Positions 17,883 to 27,380 of a stretch of DNA of 32,000 bases are shown here, piece after piece. The notes beneath the pieces were generated by a model. That model searched no databases. It had not been told where the DNA came from and saw nothing but the letters and a program-made list of their open reading frames with translations. The DNA is from an uncultured archaeon (GTDB taxonomy: Archaea > Asgardarchaeota > Thorarchaeia > Thorarchaeales > CAZPUN01), in NCBI GenBank assembly GCA_964589775.1, contig CAZPUN010000062.1, positions 8,742-40,741 on the forward strand, given 5' to 3'. The translations under genes and the position numbers were made by a program. How positions within the stretch are numbered: position 1 is the stretch's first letter; each line of letters opens with the position of its first letter.

Positions 17883-19022
17883 TTGGAAGAGCAAACCAAG
17901 CAGCGCATCACACGAATTCTTGAAAGTGGAAAATACGATAAAATACTTGTTGAGCTCGAACAGATCGTGCGTGAAGATCCGGACGATGTCGATGCGAAAG
18001 TTCTTTTAGGGTTATCATATATTCAAGACTCTAAGCCAGAACGAGCTATTGAAATTCTTGAACAAGTCTCTAATGAATTTGAAAGCAATCCTATAATCTG
18101 CCATTTTCTAGGTCATGCATATCTAGCAACGGGTCAATTAGAAAAAGCAAAAGATGCCCTTGAGAAATCTGTACATGAAGATGAAGGTAATTTATCTGCA
18201 TTATATGATCTTGCATTAACGCTTTTTCATTTAGGCGAATATAAAAATGCCATTGATTACATTACCATTGGTTTAAAGAATTTTAATAATGCTGCCGTAC
18301 TTCACAAGCTTGCAGGCGATGTATGCCTCTTATTAGGTGACTATGAACGTGCTATTTATCATTGGACCGAAGCATTACCTGCGAAAATTGAACCTGAAAC
18401 TATTATGCATAATATGGCGTTAGCATATATTTTATCTTCAGATTTTGAGAAAGCAATAGACCTGTTAAATGACGCTCTTTTAATAACTCCTGATGATAAT
18501 GATATTAGAAGCACATTGGCTCTTGCATTCATTAGAATTAATGAATTAGATAAAGCTGAAGAACTATTACTTTCTGTAATAAACAAGAATCCAACGCATT
18601 TCAATGCTTTACTCTTCTTATCTCAAGTATACTATCTCAAACGCAATCGAGATCTGTGTAATAAATACTATGATCAGGCAATGTCCTTGATGGGTACTGA
18701 TGCAGATAAGTTATTTACTGTTGCATTGACGTATCGTAATTGTAAAGAGTATGATGAAGCCGTATCCTTCCTGAATCTTGCAATTGGACAATTACCTGAT
18801 GTGCCAATATTTCATCAAGAACTAGCAAAGACCTATTTTTATATGGGCAAGATGCAACTTTCTTATGAGGAATTAGTTAAAGTGTTTGAACTGCGTGGTT
18901 ATTTAAAGCTTTCATGCCCTAGCTGCAATATGATTACCAAAATAAAATCCCTAGATGATAAATTTGAATGCCCCAAATGTAAAGCGATATTAAAAATGCC
19001 TGAAAATTATTGGTGGAAGTAG
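17883..19022 (+). CDS. TPR-repeat protein with C-terminal Zn ribbon
   Basis: Repeated 34-aa-like units (e.g. LGHAYLATGQLEKAKDALEKS) and CPSC-x13-CPKC. TTG start. Confidence 0.87.
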   Translation: MEEQTKQRITRILESGKYDKILVELEQIVREDPDDVDAKVLLGLSYIQDSKPERAIEILEQVSNEFESNPIICHFLGHAYLATGQLEKAKDALEKSVHEDEGNLSALYDLALTLFHLGEYKNAIDYITIGLKNFNNAAVLHKLAGDVCLLLGDYERAIYHWTEALPAKIEPETIMHNMALAYILSSDFEKAIDLLNDALLITPDDNDIRSTLALAFIRINELDKAEELLLSVINKNPTHFNALLFLSQVYYLKRNRDLCNKYYDQAMSLMGTDADKLFTVALTYRNCKEYDEAVSFLNLAIGQLPDVPIFHQELAKTYFYMGKMQLSYEELVKVFELRGYLKLSCPSCNMITKIKSLDDKFECPKCKAILKMPENYWWK

Positions 19023-19034
19023 AGCTGGTCAAAA

Positions 19035-19457
19035 ATGAAGAGACCTGAAATTGCAGTCAGTGGAATTATAACCAAGAATAACAAAGTACTTTTAATTAAG
19101 CGTGGGCATGAACCCGCGAAGGGTTGGTGGTCTGTTCCAGGTGGTCATGTAGAATGGGGCGAACATATTCAAGAAGCTCTTATTCGTGAAGTACGTGAGG
19201 AATGTAATATAGATGTAAAGCCAATTCGCTTATTTAGTATTATTGAGGCTATTGATAAGAAAACCCCTCCTGATTATCATTTCATTCTTATCGATTATAT
19301 TGCTGAATATGTGTCAGGTAATCCAACAATTGGTAGTGATGCTTCGGACATTGGTTGGTTCTCCGAAAATGAACTGGACAACATGAAGGTTGTTCCTTCT
19401 GTGCTAAAAGTATTAAAATCATATTTTCGAGGGGATCCAAGTTTTATTGACCTCTAA
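19035..19457 (+). CDS. Nudix hydrolase (ADP-ribose pyrophosphatase/MutT-like)
   Basis: Nudix box GGHVEWGEHIQEALIREVREECNI; SDASDIGWF. Confidence 0.92.
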   Translation: MKRPEIAVSGIITKNNKVLLIKRGHEPAKGWWSVPGGHVEWGEHIQEALIREVREECNIDVKPIRLFSIIEAIDKKTPPDYHFILIDYIAEYVSGNPTIGSDASDIGWFSENELDNMKVVPSVLKVLKSYFRGDPSFIDL

Positions 19458-20686
19458 CTTTCGATTAAATATGTTTTTGTATCTTTTTGTGGTTCCTTGA
19501 TTGTAATCAGAATAAGCAGTCCGATAATAAACGATACTAATGGTACGAAAAGACCCTCTCTTAATGAAAGTCCCGGAAGATCTGCAATTATGCCTGTTAG
19601 TAATGGTCCTAGGATACCCCCAAATAATCCAAAGATCGCTGAAACGCCCATGAATTTTCCTTCTTTTCCTTCTGGAATTAATGCACAGTATAATCCTCTA
19701 GTAACTGCTAAATTACCCCCTAATGCAAAACCCGCAATTATAGCTGCAATTAAAACTGATACATTTCCTGCCATGAAAATAATATATCCTACACCTGCAA
19801 TCCATAATAACAAAATTGTAGATTGTATGAGGACAAGTCCAAGCTTATCTCCCATTTTTCCTAATATTATACTTCCTAATAACGCAGCAGGAAGTGCGAA
19901 AATTAAAAATAAGCTAACTTGTGTTTCAGGTACCCCCATCACTTTTGTCACGATAAGCGATGCAAATGTCATTATTGCAGAAACGCCATCACCCCATGCA
20001 ATTGAGGCTATTAGAAATTTAAAAACATCTGGGTCTTTTCTGAAATCATTAATCGTAGAAAGCAATTCCTTGAAGATATTTTTTGATGTAATTTCTACTG
20101 GTCTTGTATCTTGTAGTTTGATCGCAGGTATCATGGCAAATACGAGAAAGAAAATCGCAATAAATTGGAATGCTGAAGCATTACCATGTGTCAAGCTCAC
20201 GAGTACAGCTCCTACTGTGCCTATGCCCCCTCCAAGATATCCCATTGCAATACCAAAACCTGACACTGAACCAACTTCCACTTCTTCTGCAGCAACTGCC
20301 AAATATGAATTGCATGCTGTCCAACCTGTTTGGATGGCAATTGATGCGACCGAATATAAAATAACAACATAGACTGCATTATTTAATGATGGCATAAAAT
20401 ATATCGATATTGTCGCAATGATGGTTGAAATAAATATTATTTGTCGTCTTTTCTTACCTTGTTCTTGGGATTTATCTATGTACGTACCAACAATTGGAGT
20501 CCAAAATGCAGTAACTATCGCAGTAATTATCGGAATGATTGAAACAAGCGTATTACTACCTGTTAGTTGATTTATTAAAAGAGGGAGAAAAATGCTATTT
20601 ACAACAAATGCTATTGGTGTAGTTGCAAAGTCCCAAAAAGACCATACTAGTTTGTCCTTGAAATTCATGAAGTTTTTGCTCCACAC
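19454..20686 (-). CDS. MFS transporter, UMF1/Atg22-like family
   Basis: About 12 TM segments; WSFWDFAT near the N-terminus, GTYIDK, VSGFGIAMGYLGG, GKMGDKLG, LIPEGKEGKFMG. Start is GTG 20686 or ATG 20668. Confidence 0.85.
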   Translation of the reverse strand: MWSKNFMNFKDKLVWSFWDFATTPIAFVVNSIFLPLLINQLTGSNTLVSIIPIITAIVTAFWTPIVGTYIDKSQEQGKKRRQIIFISTIIATISIYFMPSLNNAVYVVILYSVASIAIQTGWTACNSYLAVAAEEVEVGSVSGFGIAMGYLGGGIGTVGAVLVSLTHGNASAFQFIAIFFLVFAMIPAIKLQDTRPVEITSKNIFKELLSTINDFRKDPDVFKFLIASIAWGDGVSAIMTFASLIVTKVMGVPETQVSLFLIFALPAALLGSIILGKMGDKLGLVLIQSTILLLWIAGVGYIIFMAGNVSVLIAAIIAGFALGGNLAVTRGLYCALIPEGKEGKFMGVSAIFGLFGGILGPLLTGIIADLPGLSLREGLFVPLVSFIIGLLILITIKEPQKDTKTYLIES

Positions 20687-20718
20687 TGGTTTTATTTAAT
20701 TTTCCTGTTTGTTTTGTT

Positions 20719-21258
20719 TCATAAATCTATTAATTTAGGGATTTCTTTGTTTGCGTAAATTGTATCGCCTTGAATCGTAATATAGTTTAGGCTTTCCAAA
20801 GCTCTTAAATTGTTCGATAGTTCGTCATGGTCCATACCTGACAATTTTTGAAGATCGTCAAATAGAACTGATTCGTGCTCTTGTATTATACATAATATTT
20901 GATATTTTGGCTCTTTGCGAATGATTTCAACATATTTTATAATTGACAACTTAGTATCGCTAAGTACTTTTTCTTTTTCAACTAATTGGGCTGATAATTC
21001 ATCAAATTTTGTTAAAGACTTTCCAATTAAATTCAAGGTTTGCGTAATCAGGTCTGAGATTTCTTTTGCGGAGTCTGAAACTTCATTTAGTTTCGTGATA
21101 AATTGTTGTCGTAATTCCTCGTTCTTTTTATCTTCCATTGGTTTTAACTTCATAATGTATTGAATGTAATCACTGATTATTTTACGCGTAGCATCTAATT
21201 TTCCTTGATATTGCATCAAAAATTCTTCAGATTTTCGAAGTTTCTCGTCTAAGGTCAT
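20719..21258 (-). CDS. Coiled-coil protein with C-terminal winged-helix domain
   Basis: Heptad-rich first ~110 aa, then KYQILCIIQEHESVLFDDLQKLSGMDHDELSNNLRALESLNYITIQGDTIY. ATGA overlap with the upstream gene. Confidence 0.75.
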   Translation of the reverse strand: MTLDEKLRKSEEFLMQYQGKLDATRKIISDYIQYIMKLKPMEDKKNEELRQQFITKLNEVSDSAKEISDLITQTLNLIGKSLTKFDELSAQLVEKEKVLSDTKLSIIKYVEIIRKEPKYQILCIIQEHESVLFDDLQKLSGMDHDELSNNLRALESLNYITIQGDTIYANKEIPKLIDL

Positions 21259-22817
21259 AATTCTTCCTCCTTAATTCCGAATTCATCCAAATACACACGC
21301 TCTTTGTATTTTGTGTAATTAGTTTTTGTTTTCTTAGGTGTCCATCCCTCTAACATAATATCAAATGATATAGTTGTAAAAGTTTTTGAGAACATTTTTC
21401 CATTTAGTACAACACTTTCTTCTGGTTCTATCTCCTTAACCTTCCAAATTATTGATGTTCCCGCCTCTTGTTCATGTATTTCGCTATTTTCAAGATCTGT
21501 TAGAATTTCATATTTTTTAGATGGTAGATTGATAATTCCCTTAATTCCGAAGGCTTTTGTCGTTCGTGGATTTGTAATTTTGAACTTCCAATATTTTATA
21601 TCGTCTTTACCTTCAATAATATCTAATGATGCATTCAAGTATGTTTTATTCTTACTAACTAACTTCTTTGTCTGGCGATAAATTATTTTGCGTTCGTCTA
21701 ACGTATATGTGATCGTTAGATCATGTTTTACATTATTTTTCGTTATTTTGTATCTTAATGCCGTGCCTATTGCAGGTTGTTCTCGTTCCATGCCCAGCAT
21801 CATTGGTGTTATTTCAAGAATATCGTACTGTTCTGGTATTATGTCTTCAATTATAATGTAGTCGACATCGTCTGCTCTTGGAATTTTAAATTCTAATTTT
21901 GAATATATTTTTTCATCATTTCTTATTATGTCTCCATATTGTCGATACATTTTCAAGACGCCATTCTCACTAATTATTATTGTTCGATATATTCTGGGCA
22001 TGAGGTAATATGTTGTTTCGATAGTATCTCCCTGTTGTAATTTATTGATTTTCCATATGTATTCCGTGCCATCTGGTGTAAATCTTTTAGTACCTTGTTC
22101 TTCAGTATATTCAATGTGAGTTACTTGATATTCGTTAGGGATAACGTCCTTGATTTCTACATTTTCAATATGTTCACATTCTGTGTTTGTAAGTCCGGAT
22201 ATCAAAATTGATGTCCATGATGTAAAATTCGAAATGATCTTGATTTTATTATGTGCCTTTATTTGTTCTCCATTAGCCCAATTAAAATATCTAAAACTAT
22301 TTGCAATTCCCGTTATTTTTGGACGATTTGCAACTATTAAATCTTCAAAATCTTTTATTTCACTATCTTGTGATAATTCGTTAATATCTATGTGAATCGG
22401 AAATCTAGGCGTTAAGGAAATCAAGTTTGTTCCTTCATCATATACCGTATGCTTTTCAAGAATATTTTCCTTTTCCCCTTTTGCTTGCATGACAAGATCA
22501 TATACTAATGCAAGCTCTGGAAACATATTTACAGAATCCATATCTAATTCTCTAAGAAGACTTGAAATTCTTCTCGAATCGTTGTTGAAATGTGCATATA
22601 GTAGTGCTTTTGCTTGATACCTAGCAGACTGTCGGTAATTCACTTTTAAAAGGTATAGAAATGCTAATTTTGATGAAACTTTGGATGCCATATCATAATT
22701 TCCATTTTCTACAAACATTCGTACTGCAGTTTCATACGCGTCAATTGCTTTATTCCAATTTGATCGTGATTCATATTTTTTTCCTAGCAAATAATATTTC
22801 CATGAGCATATTATCAT
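21255..22817 (-). CDS. Hypothetical protein: N-terminal TPR/SNAP-like helices plus three beta-sandwich-like repeats
   Basis: NWNKAIDAYETAVRMF-type helices; repeats IKDVIP..YIWKINKLQQGD, IEDIIP..LRYKI, IINLP..IIWKVKEIEPEE. No signal peptide or TM. Confidence 0.75.
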   Translation of the reverse strand: MIICSWKYYLLGKKYESRSNWNKAIDAYETAVRMFVENGNYDMASKVSSKLAFLYLLKVNYRQSARYQAKALLYAHFNNDSRRISSLLRELDMDSVNMFPELALVYDLVMQAKGEKENILEKHTVYDEGTNLISLTPRFPIHIDINELSQDSEIKDFEDLIVANRPKITGIANSFRYFNWANGEQIKAHNKIKIISNFTSWTSILISGLTNTECEHIENVEIKDVIPNEYQVTHIEYTEEQGTKRFTPDGTEYIWKINKLQQGDTIETTYYLMPRIYRTIIISENGVLKMYRQYGDIIRNDEKIYSKLEFKIPRADDVDYIIIEDIIPEQYDILEITPMMLGMEREQPAIGTALRYKITKNNVKHDLTITYTLDERKIIYRQTKKLVSKNKTYLNASLDIIEGKDDIKYWKFKITNPRTTKAFGIKGIINLPSKKYEILTDLENSEIHEQEAGTSIIWKVKEIEPEESVVLNGKMFSKTFTTISFDIMLEGWTPKKTKTNYTKYKERVYLDEFGIKEEEL

Positions 22818-23236
22818 ACAAGATTCCTCTCGATCTCTATTATCTCAATTTTTTCTCTTATGCTTGCGATGATTGAAATCGGTTGCTTTTCGACTTCTAT
22901 TTGTGACACTCTAAGTGGTTCCGGCTTCTGAGTTGGTACTTCAATATGTGCTGGCTTTGTGAGTTGTAAAATTCGCCATGTTACTCTTGAGCGAGTTCTT
23001 GCAAATTTTAATAGCATATTTTTAATATTTTCATCGAAAAAGCGTTCGCAGATCTCTATTAGCTCCTCCTCACTGCGTTTATTTCCAGATGCAATCTCCC
23101 TAATTAAAACTGCAATTCTTGCATCTAACTCCGTAATATTCTTCTCTTTCTTTAAGCGTTCAAGTAATGATAGATTTCCATCCATAATTTGGCAAATCTC
23201 TTCATATGCCAACCTTCTTAATACCACTGTGGCCAC
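22814..23236 (-). CDS. Hypothetical helical protein (140 aa)
   Basis: GTG start; its stop overlaps the next ATG (ATGA). Confidence 0.7.
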   Translation of the reverse strand: MATVVLRRLAYEEICQIMDGNLSLLERLKKEKNITELDARIAVLIREIASGNKRSEEELIEICERFFDENIKNMLLKFARTRSRVTWRILQLTKPAHIEVPTQKPEPLRVSQIEVEKQPISIIASIREKIEIIEIERNLV

Positions 23237-23278
23237 CTAATTTTAAATCTATTCGCTAAATCGTGATTCAAAAATTCT

Positions 23279-23470
23279 TTATTTGATTCTTATTACTGAT
23301 AATTTTCTGAATTCCTAGGTACTCCTTTTAAAGCTTTGCATTTTCAAATGTAATACTGAGTACTCCTTAAAATTTATTTCTATTATAAGGATTTCTTGTG
23401 TTGCTTCTAAGATTTTTGGTGGTATTCCATGTTTGAATTATTAAGAACAAAAGATGTGAAATGCTTTTTA
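23279..23470 (-). pseudogene. Decayed copy of the 3' end of the adjacent wHTH regulator gene
   Basis: 23336-23428 matches 23909-24001 at 77/93 nt (26/31 aa). 23294-23314 matches 23852-23872 at 20/21 nt. In-frame TAG and a net 15-nt deletion lie between the blocks. Confidence 0.85.
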
Positions 23471-23842
23471 TTGCTTGTTTTTAGAGTATTTTATGTCTCA
23501 AATTAAAGAAAACGGGCGGCTCATTATATAATTAAGACCAAAATTAACGCATACAAATTATGCAGAATATTTTGGATAGTTCATATTTTAATTTCCTCAT
23601 CTATGTAAAATCGATTCTAGTACTGTTGAAAAAATGATTATTCCTTGAGAGTTTTTGAAGTAATTTGTGAATATATTAATCGCAATGAATAGTAAAACCA
23701 AGACATGTTGAATGTATTTCAGAAAATATTGATAAAATTCCTTTTAGAATATAGAAATCAAGGATTTCATATGTACCTTGCAATTATCTTTTACTTGTTG
23801 GTCTTTAAATTTCTTCGAAAATTTTTAATTCATGTATTTTAT

Positions 23843-24568
23843 TTAGCCTAATACTGATAATTCTCTGAATTCTATGAATCTGTTGTGTATGTAACTTTCT
23901 CCAAGTTTTTGCATCTTCAAGTGTAATATGGGGTACTCTTTGAAATTTATTTCTATTATGAGCGTTTCTTGTGTTGCCTCCAATATTTTTGGTGACATCC
24001 CTTCACGCTCGAACAGTTCAAAAACAAAATTAATGAATTGTGGATTTATTTTATTTAGTTTTCCTTCTAATAATTCTTCACCTAATATGTCTATGAAATG
24101 GTATTTTCTTCGCCCTCTGCTTTCTATTCTGACTAGTTTTGCATCTGCCAATCTATTTACGTGCCATCGGATCGTATCATGATGCTTTTTAAAATGTGAT
24201 GCAATATCTTCCTGAATACAGCCCGGAAATCTATCGATGAAATTAAAGATTTCAAATGCTGTTTCATTGCGTAATGCTGCGAACGCATGCTCCACAGATT
24301 CATCTCTGAGATGTCTAGGATAATAAAATCTTTTTCCCAAGAACTTTGTTGAATTTACAATATTGTAGTCTTCCATTTTCATAAGGTGCCAAGTAAGAGT
24401 GCCTATTGGAATATCTAAATATTTTGACAACTCATAAAAGTAAGTTGCAGGATTCTCACAGATGAATCTGAATATTTCCAATCTTGTCTTATTGACAAAA
24501 CTATCTTTGGTCCTCTCTTTCTTTGGCACATTCTCTCCTTCCTTAGACCGTGTGATATTTAATCCCAA
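23843..24568 (-). CDS. Tandem winged-HTH (ArsR-like, COG3398-type) transcriptional regulator
   Basis: RLEIFRFICENP..YELSKYLDIPIGTLTWHL and EIFNFIDRFPG..EDIASHF..HHDTIRWHVNRL. Start codon uncertain. Confidence 0.87.
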   Translation of the reverse strand: MGLNITRSKEGENVPKKERTKDSFVNKTRLEIFRFICENPATYFYELSKYLDIPIGTLTWHLMKMEDYNIVNSTKFLGKRFYYPRHLRDESVEHAFAALRNETAFEIFNFIDRFPGCIQEDIASHFKKHHDTIRWHVNRLADAKLVRIESRGRRKYHFIDILGEELLEGKLNKINPQFINFVFELFEREGMSPKILEATQETLIIEINFKEYPILHLKMQKLGESYIHNRFIEFRELSVLG

Positions 24569-24589
24569 TAGCCAAGTCCCTATTGGCTA
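24565..24589. promoter_or_regulatory. Overlapping inverted repeats at the regulator's start; candidate operator or hairpin
   Basis: TAGCCAA-N7-TTGGCTA (24569-24589) and CCAATAG-N8-CTATTGG (24565-24586). Confidence 0.35.
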
Positions 24590-24788
24590 GTCGTGATTAA
24601 AAGGTTTTTTATTCGGTTGTGATTTTCTTAATTCAATCCTTTTCGCTATGTGATTTTCACAACTTTAGTATTATTATTAGATGTATCCGTAATATTTATT
24701 TTTATCGCAATCTTAATGCACTTAGTTCATATATAGACGAAAAAGATAAAAAACAAACAAAATCATTTATGCCACGTTGGTGTTTTAA

Positions 24789-26621
24789 ATGTGCGGTATT
24801 ACAGGGATTGTCAGCTCTAATATGAAGGACATTGGAAAATTATTAGTAAAGTGCGGCCGGAAACTTACATATAGAGGTTATGATTCTGTAGGTGTGGCGG
24901 CTGTTGACAATGGTGTTTTAGACCTTAGGAAAGATGTGGGGACCGTTGATGAGGTTGACGAAAAATATAAGCTCAGTCAGATGAAAGGTTCATTTGGAAT
25001 TGTTCAACTTCGCTGGGCAACATATGGTGCACCTACTAGAATAAATGCACAACCTCATATTGGTTGTACTGATGAAATTTTTGGTGCTCATAATGGGAAT
25101 ATACATAACTATAACGAGTATCGACAACAATTAATTGATTGGGGGCACACTATTCGTAGTTGGAACGATGGCGAAATATGTGTTCATGCAGTTGAGCATT
25201 ATTATAAAGAGACTGGTGACATGATTAAAGCTATGCAATTAGCTGCAAAAGATCTCAAGGGTGCTTTTGCACTTGCCGTGGCTTTGAAAGACGAGCCAAA
25301 AATCTACGCTATGAAAATGGGCTCTTCGCTTGTTGCCGGTGTTGGGAAAGATATCGCGATCGTATCTTCTGATTTGCCATCAATTTTACCTGTGACAAAC
25401 AAAGTAGTATATCTTGAAGATGGTGAGATGGTAATATTAACACCTGGAAATGTAGAAGTACGTAAAATTGCTGATGGAAGTATTGTTAAGCGTGAACCTG
25501 TAGAAGCTGGTATAGATCCGGAATCTGCGGAAAAAGGTGGTTATCCACACTTTATGATTAAAGAAATCAATGAACAAGCAACCATTGCAAAAAATTTGTA
25601 TGGGTTATTGGAATCAAAAGTTGATGATGAGATTATATCATATTTGAATGATCACAGCAAGGTATATATGGTTGCATCCGGTTCCAGCTTGAATGCTTCT
25701 TATGTTGGTGCTCATTATTTTGGCGATTTAGCCAAGAAAGTTGTTATTCCAGTAATATCCGGAAATTTTGAAAGCTTGTATGGAAAAACTATTGATGATG
25801 ATTCACTTGCCATTCTCGTGAGCCAAAGTGGCGAAACAAAAGATGTAATTAATGTACTCAATTTGTTCAAAGAGCGTGGTGTTGGAAAAACTCTTGGAAT
25901 TCTAAATGTTATCGGTAGTACATTGATGTTTCGTTCGCATCGTTATATTCCAATGGGATGTGGCTATGAAATTTCTGTACCTGCTACGAAAACTTATTTC
26001 AGTCAAACAATGATATTTGCATATCTGGCTGCAAAACTTGGAATGTATAATGGTGCGCTTACGGAATCTGAAGGTAAAGAATTTCTTTCGGATTTGCAAC
26101 TAAAATTACCTAAATTAGTTCAAGAAACTATTCATAATACACAAGTTGGAATTGTGAAGCTTGCAGATTCATTACTGAACACGTATGATCTTTATACCTT
26201 AGGTTATGGTTATACTTATGGTGTTGCACGTGAAGGGGCCCTAAAGATCAAAGAGATATGTTATGTGCATTGTGAGGGTATGTACTCATCAGAATTCAAA
26301 CATGGACCATTAAGTATTGTGACTCCCGGTTATCCGATTATCTATGTAACTGCACCTGATGATGCATGGATGATGATTAACCATATCAGTGAAGCTACAT
26401 GCCGCGGAGCTAGAGCGATAATAATCGGTGAATATAATAAAGATCTCAAGGCATATGCCAGCTTACCATATGATTTCATAGAAGTTCCGAAGGCAGGACA
26501 GCGGATTAATCCATTACTATCTGTAATTCCGCTACAATTACTTTCATATCATCTATCTATTAAGAAAGGAATTGATCCGGACTTTCCAAGGAATCTTAGT
26601 AAGACCATTACGGTAGATTAG
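24789..26621 (+). CDS. glmS: Glutamine--fructose-6-phosphate transaminase (isomerizing)
   Basis: MCGI N-terminus, YRGYDS, RWAT, HNGNI, SQSGETKD, EGALKIKE, EFKHGP, DPDFPRNLSKTITVD. Confidence 0.95.
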   Translation: MCGITGIVSSNMKDIGKLLVKCGRKLTYRGYDSVGVAAVDNGVLDLRKDVGTVDEVDEKYKLSQMKGSFGIVQLRWATYGAPTRINAQPHIGCTDEIFGAHNGNIHNYNEYRQQLIDWGHTIRSWNDGEICVHAVEHYYKETGDMIKAMQLAAKDLKGAFALAVALKDEPKIYAMKMGSSLVAGVGKDIAIVSSDLPSILPVTNKVVYLEDGEMVILTPGNVEVRKIADGSIVKREPVEAGIDPESAEKGGYPHFMIKEINEQATIAKNLYGLLESKVDDEIISYLNDHSKVYMVASGSSLNASYVGAHYFGDLAKKVVIPVISGNFESLYGKTIDDDSLAILVSQSGETKDVINVLNLFKERGVGKTLGILNVIGSTLMFRSHRYIPMGCGYEISVPATKTYFSQTMIFAYLAAKLGMYNGALTESEGKEFLSDLQLKLPKLVQETIHNTQVGIVKLADSLLNTYDLYTLGYGYTYGVAREGALKIKEICYVHCEGMYSSEFKHGPLSIVTPGYPIIYVTAPDDAWMMINHISEATCRGARAIIIGEYNKDLKAYASLPYDFIEVPKAGQRINPLLSVIPLQLLSYHLSIKKGIDPDFPRNLSKTITVD

Positions 26622-26631
26622 ACCAAAGCAG

Positions 26632-27369
26632 GTGTACAAATTGGAAACTCTCAAGGATGGAATAAATCGGCGTTTGATAGAAGTTAAAAATATCTGGAAT
26701 AACTCCGCATATATAATCGGATTCAATAAGCACGCAGATTTACTTATTTCCTTCATACTCGCCTTTTTCTTAAGTTCATTTATTTTGGCTTCTGTGACTC
26801 GTGTTTGGGAGTTTCTATATTTTCCCGCTGTATATAGTATTATTATCTTACTAGTTCTTTCTTGGAAAATGCATGACCTCGGAGTTGTAATTCGAAAACT
26901 ATTCTTTATTTCATTTGTAATTGTATTTATCAATTCGCTATTTGATTATATTCTGGGTGGAGTTTTTTCAATTCTTGTTTATGATACGCAAGATATTATT
27001 TTAGGTGGAACTTCTGCTGTATTCTTTCTGTCTTCCTTAATTTTTTACACTCTTGGTGGATATATTACACTGCGAATTTATTCATTTTTCAAATACAATC
27101 CATCTGGGCTTTTTCTAGGTGCTTTTCTATCTACAATCATTGGTATATTATTTATTTTGCTTGCCGGTATGGGTCATTTCTGGCATTTTGAAAATATAAT
27201 TACATTATATGAAGATTCGTTACCGATTTATTTGCCAATTGCATACTTTGGAGTATTTGTTTCGCTTTCGTACTTTTATCATAATCGCTGGATTAGAGCG
27301 GGCTTCTTCATATTTTTAGTATATGCATTTTTATGTTCCTTGGGTATCTTATTAACATCGATTTTCTAG
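26632..27369 (+). CDS. Uncharacterised multi-pass membrane protein
   Basis: About seven hydrophobic segments; 10 nt after glmS. Start uncertain. Confidence 0.72.
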   Translation: MYKLETLKDGINRRLIEVKNIWNNSAYIIGFNKHADLLISFILAFFLSSFILASVTRVWEFLYFPAVYSIIILLVLSWKMHDLGVVIRKLFFISFVIVFINSLFDYILGGVFSILVYDTQDIILGGTSAVFFLSSLIFYTLGGYITLRIYSFFKYNPSGLFLGAFLSTIIGILFILLAGMGHFWHFENIITLYEDSLPIYLPIAYFGVFVSLSYFYHNRWIRAGFFIFLVYAFLCSLGILLTSIF

Positions 27370-27380
27370 AAAAAGTAGAA

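Noticed and set aside
17769-17894. N-terminal extension of the methyltransferase in the ORF track
   Set aside because: It spans the AT-rich divergent promoter and overlaps the TPR gene start; family similarity begins after Met 17768.
19497-20372. 291-aa plus-strand ORF
   Set aside because: Antisense shadow of the MFS gene; its composition mirrors hydrophobic codons.
23336-24001. Repeat pair as a diversity-generating retroelement TR/VR
   Set aside because: Mismatches are not adenine-specific (many C/T third-position changes), indels are present, and there is no reverse transcriptase in the window.
24620-24788. glmS ribozyme upstream of glmS
   Set aside because: The region is AT-rich and lacks the AGCGCC core and any convincing stems.
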